This document shows, piece by piece, positions 41,851 through 51,833 of a DNA stretch of 64,000 bases. Under the pieces are notes generated by a model. The model had not been told where the DNA came from, did no database searches, and was given only the letters and a program-made list of their open reading frames with translations. This stretch comes from Acidobacteriota bacterium (GTDB lineage Bacteria; Acidobacteriota; UBA6911). The DNA lies in assembly GCA_963664705.1 (NCBI GenBank), contig OY761556.1, forward strand, positions 1,088,001 to 1,152,000, read 5' to 3'. The first letter of the stretch is position 1. Each line of letters opens with the position of its first letter. A program made the position numbers and the translations under genes.

Positions 41851-42022
41851 GGCAGACTCTCCTGAGTGAAATTATTTCACCGTAATATTCCGGGCCTCAT
41901 AAGACAAATTTTCGACCATCCTGATTTTATTGTTCAAAGCTTCGCTACGGCCTTGCCCCTTCCCAATGCAGTCAGCAAATTGTGTGAATCCTTACTATCT
42001 GAGCTGTCTATGCCTTGTCAAG

Positions 42023-42050
42023 ACTATTGTCACATAGATGTGACAATAGT
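42023..42050. promoter_or_regulatory. Perfect 13-bp palindromic operator (core TGTCACA-N4-TGTGACA) next to a minus-strand TTGACA
   Basis: ACTATTGTCACAT-ag-ATGTGACAATAGT; core repeated at 50852-50871. Confidence 0.7.
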
Positions 42051-42309
42051 TGGATTAGGGTCAGGTCTTCTATCGACTCAATGGAGCTAAGATCGGCAAT
42101 ACGGATTTCACTTGAGCCACCTGATCCTTTATGGAAGATTCCCGCGCCGAGGTTTCTTTCTTCAATCCGCGGCAACGGTAGTAAAATTGCAGATGAAAAA
42201 TCTGGAATAGCAAGCGGAGTGAACTTTATTGGAAACAACCGGCGGCCTGATACAGAAATAGCTTCCTGGCCCGATGTTGTTTGTTCCTATTGGCCGAAAA
42301 GAGAGACCA

Positions 42310-44607
42310 ATGATTATGATCAAAAAGATCAAGCTGCTTTCAGCAATTGTCCTTTTCCTTTTAACGACAAGTCCGGCCCAAACAATGCGCGATTCTGCAT
42401 TGCTCCGTAATAACGGGGAGGTTGACGCCCTGATCAAACAAATGACGCTCGAAGAAAAGGTTGCAATGCTCCATGCAAAGCACATGTTTGATTCCAGCGG
42501 AATAGAACGGTTGGGAATTCCAGACTTGAAATATACCGACGGGCCGTTTGGTATTCGGGAGGAATTGCAGCCGAACAGTTGGACGCCGCTGGGCCTGGAG
42601 AATGACAGGGCGACTTTTTTCCCTACCGGCTCCGCGCTGGCTGCCACATGGAGTGCTGAACTGGCGTATGAATATGGCGCGGCAATGGCGCGTGAAGCCC
42701 GCTTGAGGGGAAAGGATATGCTCCTTGGGCCGGCTATCAATATTCAGCGAATTCCCACCGGCGGACGCGCTTATGAGTATCTGAGCGAAGACCCGTTTTT
42801 GAGCTCGCGTCTGTCCGTGGGCTACACGAAGGGAGTGCAGGACAATGGCGTCGCAGTTTGCCTGAAGCATTATGCGCTCAATAATCAGGAGAACAATCGG
42901 GGAACGGTCAATGCTGTAATTGGTGAGCGTGCCATGCGGGAGATTTATCTTGCTCCTTTCAAAGCCGCGGTAACCGAGGCGGATGCATATGGAATCATGG
43001 CTGCGTACAACAAGGTCAACGGCCGGTGGTGTGCTGAGAATGACATGCTTCTCAATAAAATCCTGCGGGATGAATGGGGTTTTGCCGGGATGGTTATTTC
43101 GGACTGGGGCGGAACCCACAGCACTGTGGATGCAATAAAAAGCGGATTGAATGTGGAAATGCCCGATAAACGATTTTTCGGGCAGGCCCTGCTGGATGCA
43201 GTGAAATCCGGACTTGTTTCTGAAGCTGTTATCAATCAGCGCGTCAGGGAAATATTGAGAGTCAGGTTGGCCGTCAAGCCGGTTCCCGCAGATAGTGCAA
43301 ACAAGGAAATCACCTCGCAGTCGGCCCAGCAGCAGATTGCCTACAAGGTTGCATGCAGATCCATCGTTCTTTTAAAAAATGAAGGCGCGCTGCCGCTGCA
43401 ATTGAAAGACAGGCCGAAGATTGCTGTTGTCGGAGCCAATGCCGTTCAAGTTATGGCAACCGGCGGTTTGGGGGCCGGCGTGAAAACATTGTATGAGGTC
43501 ACGCCGCTTGAAGGGCTAAAAAACAGGATTGGAGACAAAGCGGAAATCATATATGCGAAAGGATATGAACCGGCGGGACCCGGTTCTGCCAACAGATTCC
43601 GCAAGAGATCGCCGGAGGAACTCGAAAAAGAAAATCGCGAGAGGGAAGCCACGGCCCAAAAGCTGGCAAAAGAAGCTATGGATGCAGCGGCAAAGGCCAA
43701 TGTTGTTGTTTTTATAGGCGGCGATAACCGAACGGTGGAAACCGAAGGAAAGGACCGGGATGATATCTTCCTGCCTTCAGGGCAGGACGACTTGATGCGC
43801 AAGATTGCCGAAGTGAATCCCAATATCGTGACGGTGCTGGTCAGTGGCGCTCCCAATGACCTTAACGTGGCAAAAAGCGTTTCCAGGGCCTTGCTGATTT
43901 CATGGTTTAACGGCTCCGAAGGTGGAAATGCCCTGGCCGATGTGCTGATCGGTAAAATTTCTCCAAGCGGACGTTTGCCGTTCACTATTCCGGCAAAGCT
44001 GCAGGATTCGCCCGCCTATGCCTTGGGCAACTATCCGCAAGGCAGAAAGAGCTCCGATGTCTTTGCCAACCTGGTTTCACAAACCAATCCAGGAGGAAAG
44101 TCGGAAGAGGAAACTGCAGGCAAAGCGGCAACCAGCGACCCGAATACCGCTATGTATTCGGAAGAATCGCTGGTAGGGTATCGCTGGTTTGACACCCGGA
44201 ACGTGCCGGTGGCGTATCCCTTTGGGCACGGCCTTACCTACACTGCATTCAGGTATGCAGCCCTTTCTGCCGACAAAGGCAGCTACGGCAAAAACGATAC
44301 AATCGCAATTTCCTTTAACTTGAAAAACACTGGAATGGCGGTGGCTGAAGAAGTGGCACAGGTTTATATCCACCGGACAAGTCCATCGGTTGACTGGCCC
44401 TATAAGGAACTCAAAGCTTTTTCGCGGGTGGCGCTTAATCCGGGTGAAAGCAGGGTGGTTGCCCTGAAAATTCCGGTTGAAAGCCTTCGATACTGGAATG
44501 AAAAACGGCATGCATGGGATGACGACCTTTGCAATATTGAAATCCTGGTTGGCGCATCGGCAGGCGATATCAAACTTAAAAAGATGGTTCAGCTAAAGTC
44601 CAAATGA
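42310..44607 (+). CDS. Secreted glycoside hydrolase family 3 (beta-glucosidase/xylosidase)
   Basis: MTLEEKV, TDGPFG, EYLSEDP, KHY, ISDWG nucleophile, PFGHGLTY, Fn3-like tail. Confidence 0.95.
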   Translation: MIMIKKIKLLSAIVLFLLTTSPAQTMRDSALLRNNGEVDALIKQMTLEEKVAMLHAKHMFDSSGIERLGIPDLKYTDGPFGIREELQPNSWTPLGLENDRATFFPTGSALAATWSAELAYEYGAAMAREARLRGKDMLLGPAINIQRIPTGGRAYEYLSEDPFLSSRLSVGYTKGVQDNGVAVCLKHYALNNQENNRGTVNAVIGERAMREIYLAPFKAAVTEADAYGIMAAYNKVNGRWCAENDMLLNKILRDEWGFAGMVISDWGGTHSTVDAIKSGLNVEMPDKRFFGQALLDAVKSGLVSEAVINQRVREILRVRLAVKPVPADSANKEITSQSAQQQIAYKVACRSIVLLKNEGALPLQLKDRPKIAVVGANAVQVMATGGLGAGVKTLYEVTPLEGLKNRIGDKAEIIYAKGYEPAGPGSANRFRKRSPEELEKENREREATAQKLAKEAMDAAAKANVVVFIGGDNRTVETEGKDRDDIFLPSGQDDLMRKIAEVNPNIVTVLVSGAPNDLNVAKSVSRALLISWFNGSEGGNALADVLIGKISPSGRLPFTIPAKLQDSPAYALGNYPQGRKSSDVFANLVSQTNPGGKSEEETAGKAATSDPNTAMYSEESLVGYRWFDTRNVPVAYPFGHGLTYTAFRYAALSADKGSYGKNDTIAISFNLKNTGMAVAEEVAQVYIHRTSPSVDWPYKELKAFSRVALNPGESRVVALKIPVESLRYWNEKRHAWDDDLCNIEILVGASAGDIKLKKMVQLKSK

Positions 44608-44692
44608 CAAAAGCTTTTGTTGCCGGACGGGTCGGAATGGCCGTCCATATCCCTTCTGATCGATGCAGCGGCCGGCAAAAGGAGAAGCTCCT

Positions 44693-45784
44693 ATGTTCTC
44701 ACAGATTAAAGAATTATCCGTGGAAAGAGACCTCCAGCGCCAGTTGATGCGAAAGCGTGATTTTATCGCTTTTGGTTCCGGCTCTTCAGCGCTGTTATTC
44801 GCGGCCGAAGCGGCGGACTGGGGTAGTCGCATTATTTATTTTGCTGACAATGATCCAAAGCGCCAGGGCTCTCGGCTCAATGGCATTGAAATCCTGGCGC
44901 CTGCGCGACTGCTCGAGTTCCCGGACACGCCTATCGTCGTTTGCAGTCATGCCTGGATTGAGATAGTGCTGCAGCTCCATGCGATGGGCTTAAAGAGGAA
45001 TGTGTTTGTTTTCCGGGACTCGATCCCCTGGGACTTTCATCGATTGAGCGCCAGAGCAATTCACTGCTACTGGGAGGAAATTGAGGCGGTTTACCAAAAC
45101 CTGGCGGATGAGCCTTCGCGCATCGCTTTCGAATCAGTTCTTCGATGTCGACTGACCATGGACGCGGATTACCTCGTAGCTCCTGGATTCGAACAGTATG
45201 TGCACCCGTTGGTGAGGGCGACTGAAGGGGATATCGTTGCCGATGTCGGTGGATTCGACGGGTATACCGCGATCCTTTTTGCGGAGGCGGTAAAACCTGC
45301 CGGGCGCGTGTATTCTTTCGAGCCGGAGCCGCACAACCTTGGTGTCATGCAGGAAGCCATACGCAAACAGGGACTGGAAAGCCTCATTACCATCTGTCCC
45401 AAGGGAGCCTGGAGCTCAAATGGTCAGACGGCGCTTGCGACAACCAACCGGGAGTCCTGGAATTTTTTTGTGGAACCGGGAGGTGATACCAAAATAGAGG
45501 TTGTAACGCTGGATAGCTATTTCGAGGCGCAGAAGACCTTTCCTAACCTAATCAAAATAGATGTCGAGGGGGGCGAACTGGAGGTGCTGCGCGGCGCAAG
45601 ACAGTTGATAGCCAAACACAAGCCCAAGCTCCAAATCAGCCTGTATCACAAGGCGCCGGACCTTTGGCGCCTGCCGAGTTGGGTGCTCGCGTGCCGTCCT
45701 GATTACAGGATTTACTGTGCTAACCACTATAATTACGCACCTGATCAGGTAGAACATGAAGAGCTTGTTCTGTATGCCATCTAG
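44693..45784 (+). CDS. FkbM-family SAM methyltransferase
   Basis: DVGGFDG, YSFEPEP, IKIDVEGGELEVLRGA, SLYHK. Confidence 0.9.
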   Translation: MFSQIKELSVERDLQRQLMRKRDFIAFGSGSSALLFAAEAADWGSRIIYFADNDPKRQGSRLNGIEILAPARLLEFPDTPIVVCSHAWIEIVLQLHAMGLKRNVFVFRDSIPWDFHRLSARAIHCYWEEIEAVYQNLADEPSRIAFESVLRCRLTMDADYLVAPGFEQYVHPLVRATEGDIVADVGGFDGYTAILFAEAVKPAGRVYSFEPEPHNLGVMQEAIRKQGLESLITICPKGAWSSNGQTALATTNRESWNFFVEPGGDTKIEVVTLDSYFEAQKTFPNLIKIDVEGGELEVLRGARQLIAKHKPKLQISLYHKAPDLWRLPSWVLACRPDYRIYCANHYNYAPDQVEHEELVLYAI

Positions 45785-45819
45785 TGGACTGCCGCAGATA
45801 AATTGAAAGTGCTTAAGAA

Positions 45820-45846
45820 CGGGCATGCCACGGAATGGCATGCCCG
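45820..45846. terminator. Hairpin between convergent genes
   Basis: CGGGCATGCCA-cggaa-TGGCATGCCCG. Confidence 0.5.
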
Positions 45847-46065
45847 ATGCTAATGTTTTTGGGCAGTTGCTATCATCCCCAGCATTTCAGTTGTTATAGG
45901 CCTTCTAGCATATTCACAGCACAAAGCATCCTGCAGACCAGCCATGGTGACCTTTAAGAATTTGGTATTGCCAGTCAGCCGTCCGAAATCCCTGGGTCCG
46001 GTCACAACCTTCCATGAGACGATGGCTTCATAGTTTTTGATCCACTTGTGTGGCTGTTTAGCCGG

Positions 46066-47130
46066 TTAGCGGACGCTTTCAAAGAAAGTCAGCTTTACAC
46101 CTCCGACGCCCATTCCCGGGTTCGAGCTCAGGTATACTCCCTGGTTAAGCCAGGCATACTTGCTGTCCACTCGAACCTCAAACGAGGGAGCCAATAATCC
46201 GAAAGTGCCGCCATTGCGCACGATAATGACCTCGCCATCACTTGTTTGCCACAGGTAGCGTGCATCGATCGTAGGCGGATTTGCCAGGTTCTGGTAATCC
46301 GCGCCTCCCGGCAGTACTTTCCCGGTGATCCTTCCTTCCAAAGTTCCACCGGTGATGGGAATTATGTTTCGGTTTCCTGCCTTCGCGGCTCCCACCGATT
46401 GGCTAGGTCCCAGGGTCACATTTTCGACGATCAATTGGGCTCCATTCTTCTCCGCTGCTGTTGCCTTTCGGTAATTCCACTGCTGATCCAGGACGCCCGA
46501 TGGCTTGGTCACCTGGATCGAATTTTTTGCATCGGCAGCGACGGCGACTCCGGAGACATCGTAGACGCGTATTTTCATGGTCTTTGCCTCCGAATCCACT
46601 ATTCGTCTTCCCGCGTATTTTCCGGTATTCAGCCAGCTGTAATTGCCGGCATTTGGCGCCTCAAAATCGGGCACTATCCTCACATCGTTCGAATCTGCGG
46701 CCGTACCCGCACTCCGCAGGAAGATATATTTACCATCGCTGGTCCGCAGCACCAATATCTGCTCAATTTCCATGCTGCCATTGGAAAAACGCAGCTGAAA
46801 GTCCAATCCTCCGGACATGATTGAGCCATTGATTTTTTCGCCCGTTACCGTGCCATCCTGAAAGACGAATACATCTCGCTGACCATAGGGCGTCTTGCCC
46901 AGATCATATTTTTGATCCAGCCTCAGTGTTGCTTCGAGGACAAGCGCACCTTGCTCCGGCACCGGGATGCCCTCCGCCATTCCGCAGGGCCACGATTTGT
47001 GCGGGATCAATATCCTGGCGGCTCCGCCGGAGTTTGCCTTTGTCTGGCCGTCCAGTGGCGGTAATTGGCAGAAAATCAGGAAACCTGCACACAACAAAGA
47101 TATCGATGTCATCCAGCGTTTATTGTTCAT
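46066..47130 (-). CDS. Secreted protein with two DUF3237-like beta-barrel domains
   Basis: Two repeats of GxR...GG...G.I.G..GG.D...L.TSDG...FE...Y.WLN.G.Y; signal peptide. Confidence 0.8.
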   Translation of the reverse strand: MNNKRWMTSISLLCAGFLIFCQLPPLDGQTKANSGGAARILIPHKSWPCGMAEGIPVPEQGALVLEATLRLDQKYDLGKTPYGQRDVFVFQDGTVTGEKINGSIMSGGLDFQLRFSNGSMEIEQILVLRTSDGKYIFLRSAGTAADSNDVRIVPDFEAPNAGNYSWLNTGKYAGRRIVDSEAKTMKIRVYDVSGVAVAADAKNSIQVTKPSGVLDQQWNYRKATAAEKNGAQLIVENVTLGPSQSVGAAKAGNRNIIPITGGTLEGRITGKVLPGGADYQNLANPPTIDARYLWQTSDGEVIIVRNGGTFGLLAPSFEVRVDSKYAWLNQGVYLSSNPGMGVGGVKLTFFESVR

Positions 47131-47178
47131 AGCGTTGCCTCGGATAATGCATGTCGTTTCTGGCCGGAATACACGGTT

Positions 47179-48966
47179 TTATTTTGCCTCGCATTTGTAT
47201 GAAGCTGCATTCTCAGCCGGTCCGGATACATATCGAGGATAAGACGGATAAGAACACATAGGAAGGCTGCGATTTCCCCCCGTTACCGTTACGGACATCT
47301 GCGGGGCTGCTTTTTTTTCAACCCAGTCAACCAACAGGTTTAGCCGGCTGAAAGTGTTGGGGATGGGAGCGGTAGGAATGGACTTGCCATCGCCGTCGAC
47401 TGCATAATTTGTTCCGCTCAATCCATGATTTGCCTGAGGCAGAACGTAGAATCGGGCAAAGGAGTCCACTTTTTTCCGGCCCATTTTGTTGAGGACTGAC
47501 TGATAGTAATCAAGCTGAGCTCCTGGTGAAGCCAGCGTATCATTTGTTCCGATGACTACCAGGAGCTTTCCGCCCTTTTTTCGAAACGCATCCAGGTTCG
47601 GGTTTGTCGAATCAAGCGAAAGCGATATTTGCTTCCGCCGTGCATCAAATTTGCCACCCTCTACATAGTCCAGCGGATTGGCTTTGATATCCTGCATCAG
47701 AAATCCGGTGACGCCCAGAATGCCAAGATGCGTGTGGATGGGGGCATTGTCGCCGGCGCCTTCCTGGCCGCGATACCTGGCCGGAACCATCAATCCGCTG
47801 CCGGATGGATCGGTATTCGGCACCCACATGCCGAACGATTTGACTCCGTTGGCCAGCGGGGATGCAAAAGGATACCGGCGGTAGATGAATTGGAGGGTAG
47901 AAATCTGGCCGTCTGTGAGACAGGCATTCGCGCTGGTATCGCCGGGGTTGGGATCCACGTTATTCGGGCAGCGCCGGGCACTCCATGGATTGCTGCCCTT
48001 CGGCGCTTGTGTCTGATCGAAGATTGCGCGGCACGCCATGTAGTTGTTGATGATTCCGTCCGCCAGTCCGTCCAGCTTGTCGCATTGGCGCATGAATTCG
48101 CCGCGGATCGCATTCACTTTAGACATGGGGACATAGTTGGACAGCGGTTTTTCCTGAATCCGTATTAACTCGGGCGCAAGCATCAGCGATGAAAAGCTGA
48201 CGATAGGAACATTTGCCGCGACTCCGTCATAGTCCGCTGGATACCGTTGGGCTACGGTGAGAGCTTCGCGCCCACCCTGTGAGCTGCCGAAGAAATAATT
48301 GAACCGGGGTCTTTCCCCATACATTCTCTCAATCAAAACCATCGCGGCATCGTGCGTCTTCTTCAGTTGCATGTAGCCCAGGTTGACCATTCCTTCGTCG
48401 TTCAGGGTCCAGTCGTCCGAATTGGAGGGAGCTGCCGCAGGCCTCGAAGTGAGGCCTGGTCCCATCATAGGCCCCATCTGATGCCCGGAATCGCTGCCAT
48501 AGGTAGCAAATCCAATTTGCACAAGAGAGGTTCTTGAAGATTGATCCACTCCGCTGGTCAGATTCGGAATAACGCCATTGAGTCCGCCGCCGCCCATCTG
48601 GGCTGCGCGATGATTCCAGGCGGCAGGGAGTACTACCCTGAAATTAATCAGCCTGGCGGTGGCCTCTTTTGAGACCGGGGCCATGGCACCGGTTACGCTG
48701 CAATTGGCGGGCGCGGAATTCGTTGCGTTTGTCCAGATCGGCGCGCTCAATGTTACGGCAGAGACCGGTTCGCCGATGGCTGAGATAGGAATGGCAGAAC
48801 CCAGCTTTGACGTTGCGCAATCCGCTTCCGTTATGACTTTGTCTTCTCCCAATGAGGGCAAACCGGAGCTTGCCGAAACCTGAGCCTGTAAAAGGGCTGC
48901 TGGGCAGCTCAACAGGCAGGCCAAGATAACAGCCAGCGATGCGGCCTTGGCAACTCTACTCGTCAT
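47179..48966 (-). CDS. Secreted tannase/feruloyl-esterase family hydrolase
   Basis: GSDSGH, YFFGSSQGGRE, QCDKLDGLADG, GTND, ANH, MCSYP; start may be 48999. Confidence 0.9.
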   Translation of the reverse strand: MTSRVAKAASLAVILACLLSCPAALLQAQVSASSGLPSLGEDKVITEADCATSKLGSAIPISAIGEPVSAVTLSAPIWTNATNSAPANCSVTGAMAPVSKEATARLINFRVVLPAAWNHRAAQMGGGGLNGVIPNLTSGVDQSSRTSLVQIGFATYGSDSGHQMGPMMGPGLTSRPAAAPSNSDDWTLNDEGMVNLGYMQLKKTHDAAMVLIERMYGERPRFNYFFGSSQGGREALTVAQRYPADYDGVAANVPIVSFSSLMLAPELIRIQEKPLSNYVPMSKVNAIRGEFMRQCDKLDGLADGIINNYMACRAIFDQTQAPKGSNPWSARRCPNNVDPNPGDTSANACLTDGQISTLQFIYRRYPFASPLANGVKSFGMWVPNTDPSGSGLMVPARYRGQEGAGDNAPIHTHLGILGVTGFLMQDIKANPLDYVEGGKFDARRKQISLSLDSTNPNLDAFRKKGGKLLVVIGTNDTLASPGAQLDYYQSVLNKMGRKKVDSFARFYVLPQANHGLSGTNYAVDGDGKSIPTAPIPNTFSRLNLLVDWVEKKAAPQMSVTVTGGNRSLPMCSYPSYPRYVSGPAENAASYKCEAK

Positions 48967-49061
48967 GGGTTCTCTCCCGTCTTGAGCTCTGAATATCATT
49001 CTTGTTCTTCCCCCAATACACAAAGCGTTGTGTGTCTTCCCGACAGAGTGGATACGCTGCA

Positions 49062-50621
49062 CTAAATCGATTTCTTTGCCAGTATGTTCCTCACCGCAAT
49101 TCGGCCTGTGCACATGGCCTCCGAATTGTTTCCTCCGCCGTTGTACATCCATCCCCAGAACGAGCCCAACTCTCCCGCGCTGTAAAGGCCTGAGATAGGC
49201 TGATTGTCAGGATCCACTATCTGGCACTTCGGGTTGCGCTTGGGCCCCCCCTGAGTGTTGAATGTGGCAGGATAAACCTTCACGCAGTAAAAGGGTGGTT
49301 TGTCAATCGCGATCAGGCTGCGCCCCGGTCTTCCGAAATCCTGATCATTCTTGTTCTTGCACTGATCGTTCCAGCGCGCTATCGAAGCTTCCAAATCAGC
49401 AGGCTTCATTTCGAGCTTGTTGGCCAGATCGGCCAGAGTCTCTCCTTTGATGATCCATCCCTTTTCAATTTCCTTGGAATTATCCCGGCTTCCCTGGTAC
49501 CCGCCGAACCATCCGAACCATCCGAATTTAAAAGACATGCCGCCCGCAATGTTTCCTTTGGTTCGCGCATTTTCGTCGAAGATTCCAAAGCAGGGGATGC
49601 GCGTAAAGGCACCGAGGACTCCATCGAAATAAAGCAGGTTTTCCTTATGACCGAAACCGTGACGGTTTTCCCGCATTTCGTTCATAAAGCGTTTGCCGGT
49701 TTTATCCACCAGGACGTACGCATTTCCCGGAAAACTGACCGGTATCATGACCGGATCGAATTCGGGAACCATCAGGCAGCCAATCCCTGCCAGCGAGTTG
49801 TTCATGTGCCAGAGTGCCGCACCCGCTTTTTGTGCCATGGCTATTCCATCGCCCGTATTTCCTGGCGTGCCGCGACCATAGGTAGGCCAGCCTGGAAGGA
49901 ACTGTTTCTGCATTTCGAAGTTAAACTCAAATCCGCCGCAGGCAAGAAGGACTCCCTTCCTGGCCTTGATTGCAATCTGTTTACCCGCAGCCGAGGCTTT
50001 GACTCCGATGACTTCCCGGGTGGCAGACAGGACCAAGTCCTTGGCGGGTGTTTCATACAGGATCTCAATTCCTCTCTTCTCAACCTGCTCGCGAAATGGA
50101 ATCCAAAGCTTGCCTTCTCCCGCTCCGCCATTACTCCAGGTGCGCACGCACTTCGAACCAGGAAGTTCCGGGTGTTCGGGCTGAAACATGCCCAAAGGCT
50201 GAGGCTTTATGCCCAAAGTTTCCAGCCAGCCGTTCAGCTGCAGCATCTCCTCGGCAAGAGCCTGAATGCTTTCTTTATCGGTCAAGCCAGCGCAAAGCGC
50301 TTGAATGTACTCGAGCGCCTCCGGCAGGTTTGTCGGCGTCCACCACATATTTCCGGAAACCCTGCTATTGCCTCCTTCATACTTCTGCGCCATTTTTTCA
50401 AGAACCAGAACCTTGGCTCCGGCATCTTTTGCGGCAATAGCTGCGGATAATCCGGCAAAACCGGTTCCGATAATGACCACATCCGCCTCTTTGTCCCAGC
50501 GGAGAGCCGGCCCGGACGTCTTGGGTGCGCCCAAGACGCTCGCGGCGGCAATGCCGGGTGCTGCGACTGCGGTTCTTCTCAGGAATTTTCGCCGTGTAAC
50601 CTGGTTTTTCTCGTCGTTCAT
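49062..50621 (-). CDS. Tat-exported FAD-binding oxidoreductase (fumarate reductase/3-ketosteroid dehydrogenase flavoprotein family)
   Basis: TRRKFLR signal; IIGTGFAG, LACGGF, NTGDG, GKRFMNE, NTQGG, GLYSAGE. Confidence 0.9.
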   Translation of the reverse strand: MNDEKNQVTRRKFLRRTAVAAPGIAAASVLGAPKTSGPALRWDKEADVVIIGTGFAGLSAAIAAKDAGAKVLVLEKMAQKYEGGNSRVSGNMWWTPTNLPEALEYIQALCAGLTDKESIQALAEEMLQLNGWLETLGIKPQPLGMFQPEHPELPGSKCVRTWSNGGAGEGKLWIPFREQVEKRGIEILYETPAKDLVLSATREVIGVKASAAGKQIAIKARKGVLLACGGFEFNFEMQKQFLPGWPTYGRGTPGNTGDGIAMAQKAGAALWHMNNSLAGIGCLMVPEFDPVMIPVSFPGNAYVLVDKTGKRFMNEMRENRHGFGHKENLLYFDGVLGAFTRIPCFGIFDENARTKGNIAGGMSFKFGWFGWFGGYQGSRDNSKEIEKGWIIKGETLADLANKLEMKPADLEASIARWNDQCKNKNDQDFGRPGRSLIAIDKPPFYCVKVYPATFNTQGGPKRNPKCQIVDPDNQPISGLYSAGELGSFWGWMYNGGGNNSEAMCTGRIAVRNILAKKSI

Positions 50622-50851
50622 CAACGCCTCCAATGCACTGCTTGCGATTTAGGGGAACACCGGCATCATGTCCTGGTGTTCCTTCGTCTCGATCGTTATT
50701 TTACTGAACATTCGTTGCAGTCCCGCGGACATAAGCGCCGCAAAAACGGTGGCAGGAATAAATCCATACTTTGCATGACTGGAGACATCCTCACCGATCC
50801 CATTGCTGCGGTCGCCAAGCTATCGAACCTGTTTGCGCATTGTCAAGCAAT

Positions 50852-50871
50852 ATGTCACATATGTGTGACAT
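50852..50871. promoter_or_regulatory. Palindromic operator ATGTCACA-N4-TGTGACAT next to a minus-strand TTGACA
   Basis: Same core and same 6-bp offset from TGTCAA as 42028-42045. Confidence 0.7.
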
Positions 50872-50948
50872 GCAGCGGATTCTCCATGGCACTGATGTCG
50901 CTGGGACGGCTAATGCTGTTTACTATTTGTCCAGTACGAAGTCCTTCG

Positions 50949-51016
50949 GAGAGCGGTGGCTTGCCACCGCCTTCGGTTTTTATGGCTTTCAAAGGCGGCG
51001 GCAAGGCGCCGCTCTC
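50949..51016. repeat. REPIN-like element: inverted pair of 25-bp internally palindromic REPs
   Basis: GAGAGCGGTGGCTTGCCACCGCCTT and AAGGCGGCGGCAAGGCGCCGCTCTC match 22/25 as inverted copies. Confidence 0.7.
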
Positions 51017-51048
51017 AACGGTTCCCATTCGGGCAAGCCTTTTTGCGA

Positions 51049-51744
51049 TTAGTAGGCGGCATTTGGCTCGACCACAGCGCTTCCAGTTCCGGATGCACCC
51101 GGAAGCTGGGATGGCGGTTTATGGCAGGTCAGACAACGCGTTGTGGCCGCAAATACCTGAGTTTTTCCATCGACATGATTTTTCCCATTGTGACAGGAGG
51201 TGCAGCCGCCTGTCTCGTGGGGGACTTCCATTCCGATCGGGCCGCTGGCGCTTCGTTCGAAGGGCTTAGGATGGCAATCGCCGCAGGAGAAGCCGCCAAT
51301 TTTCGACGATTTCTGCCCTGAATCCGCTCCAAGATGGCGAATATGGGAAAAGGCGACGGGATCCATGCGGTTCAATTTGATGGTGACATCGCCTGTCGGC
51401 ATGTGACAGGCGGAGCATTCTTTTATGGCAAGAGCTGTTGCTGAGTTTCGAGGGCCCCTGGTTTTTCCATCATGGCAGGAACCGCAAGCCTGACCTTGGC
51501 GGATGCTGTTCATTTCAACGAAGGTAGTATTGGATGCGTCGGGCGTGTGGCACTTGGTGCACTCGAATCCTGCTCCACGGAGGTCATGAGTTCGATGGCT
51601 GAATACCACAGGCCCTGTCTCACCGGGCTTTCCCGGATACAGCACAAAGCCGCCGTCTCTGGATGCCGCACCACAGAAAGGCCGAAACAGAATGACCGCA
51701 CAGAGGGCACCCGCGCCAATGGATAATAGCCTCATAGGTTTCAT
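51049..51744 (-). CDS. Hexaheme cytochrome c of two c7-type triheme domains
   Basis: Six CxxCH (CTKCH, CGSCH, CSACH, CGDCH, CTSCH, CLTCH); FSHxxH opens each domain; signal-like N-terminus. Confidence 0.9.
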   Translation of the reverse strand: MKPMRLLSIGAGALCAVILFRPFCGAASRDGGFVLYPGKPGETGPVVFSHRTHDLRGAGFECTKCHTPDASNTTFVEMNSIRQGQACGSCHDGKTRGPRNSATALAIKECSACHMPTGDVTIKLNRMDPVAFSHIRHLGADSGQKSSKIGGFSCGDCHPKPFERSASGPIGMEVPHETGGCTSCHNGKNHVDGKTQVFAATTRCLTCHKPPSQLPGASGTGSAVVEPNAAY

Positions 51745-51833
51745 GTCCTGATTTAGGGAAATCAAACGCCACGAACAGCAGTGGATTTTAGCATAGTGCT
51801 CCCCTGAGTGCGTGGCGTGATTGTTGGATTGAG

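Noticed and set aside
50676-51269. 197-aa plus-strand ORF, and the small ORFs at 38782-39201 and 56963-57238
   Set aside because: They span promoters, REP elements or antisense genes and have no RBS or protein-like motifs.
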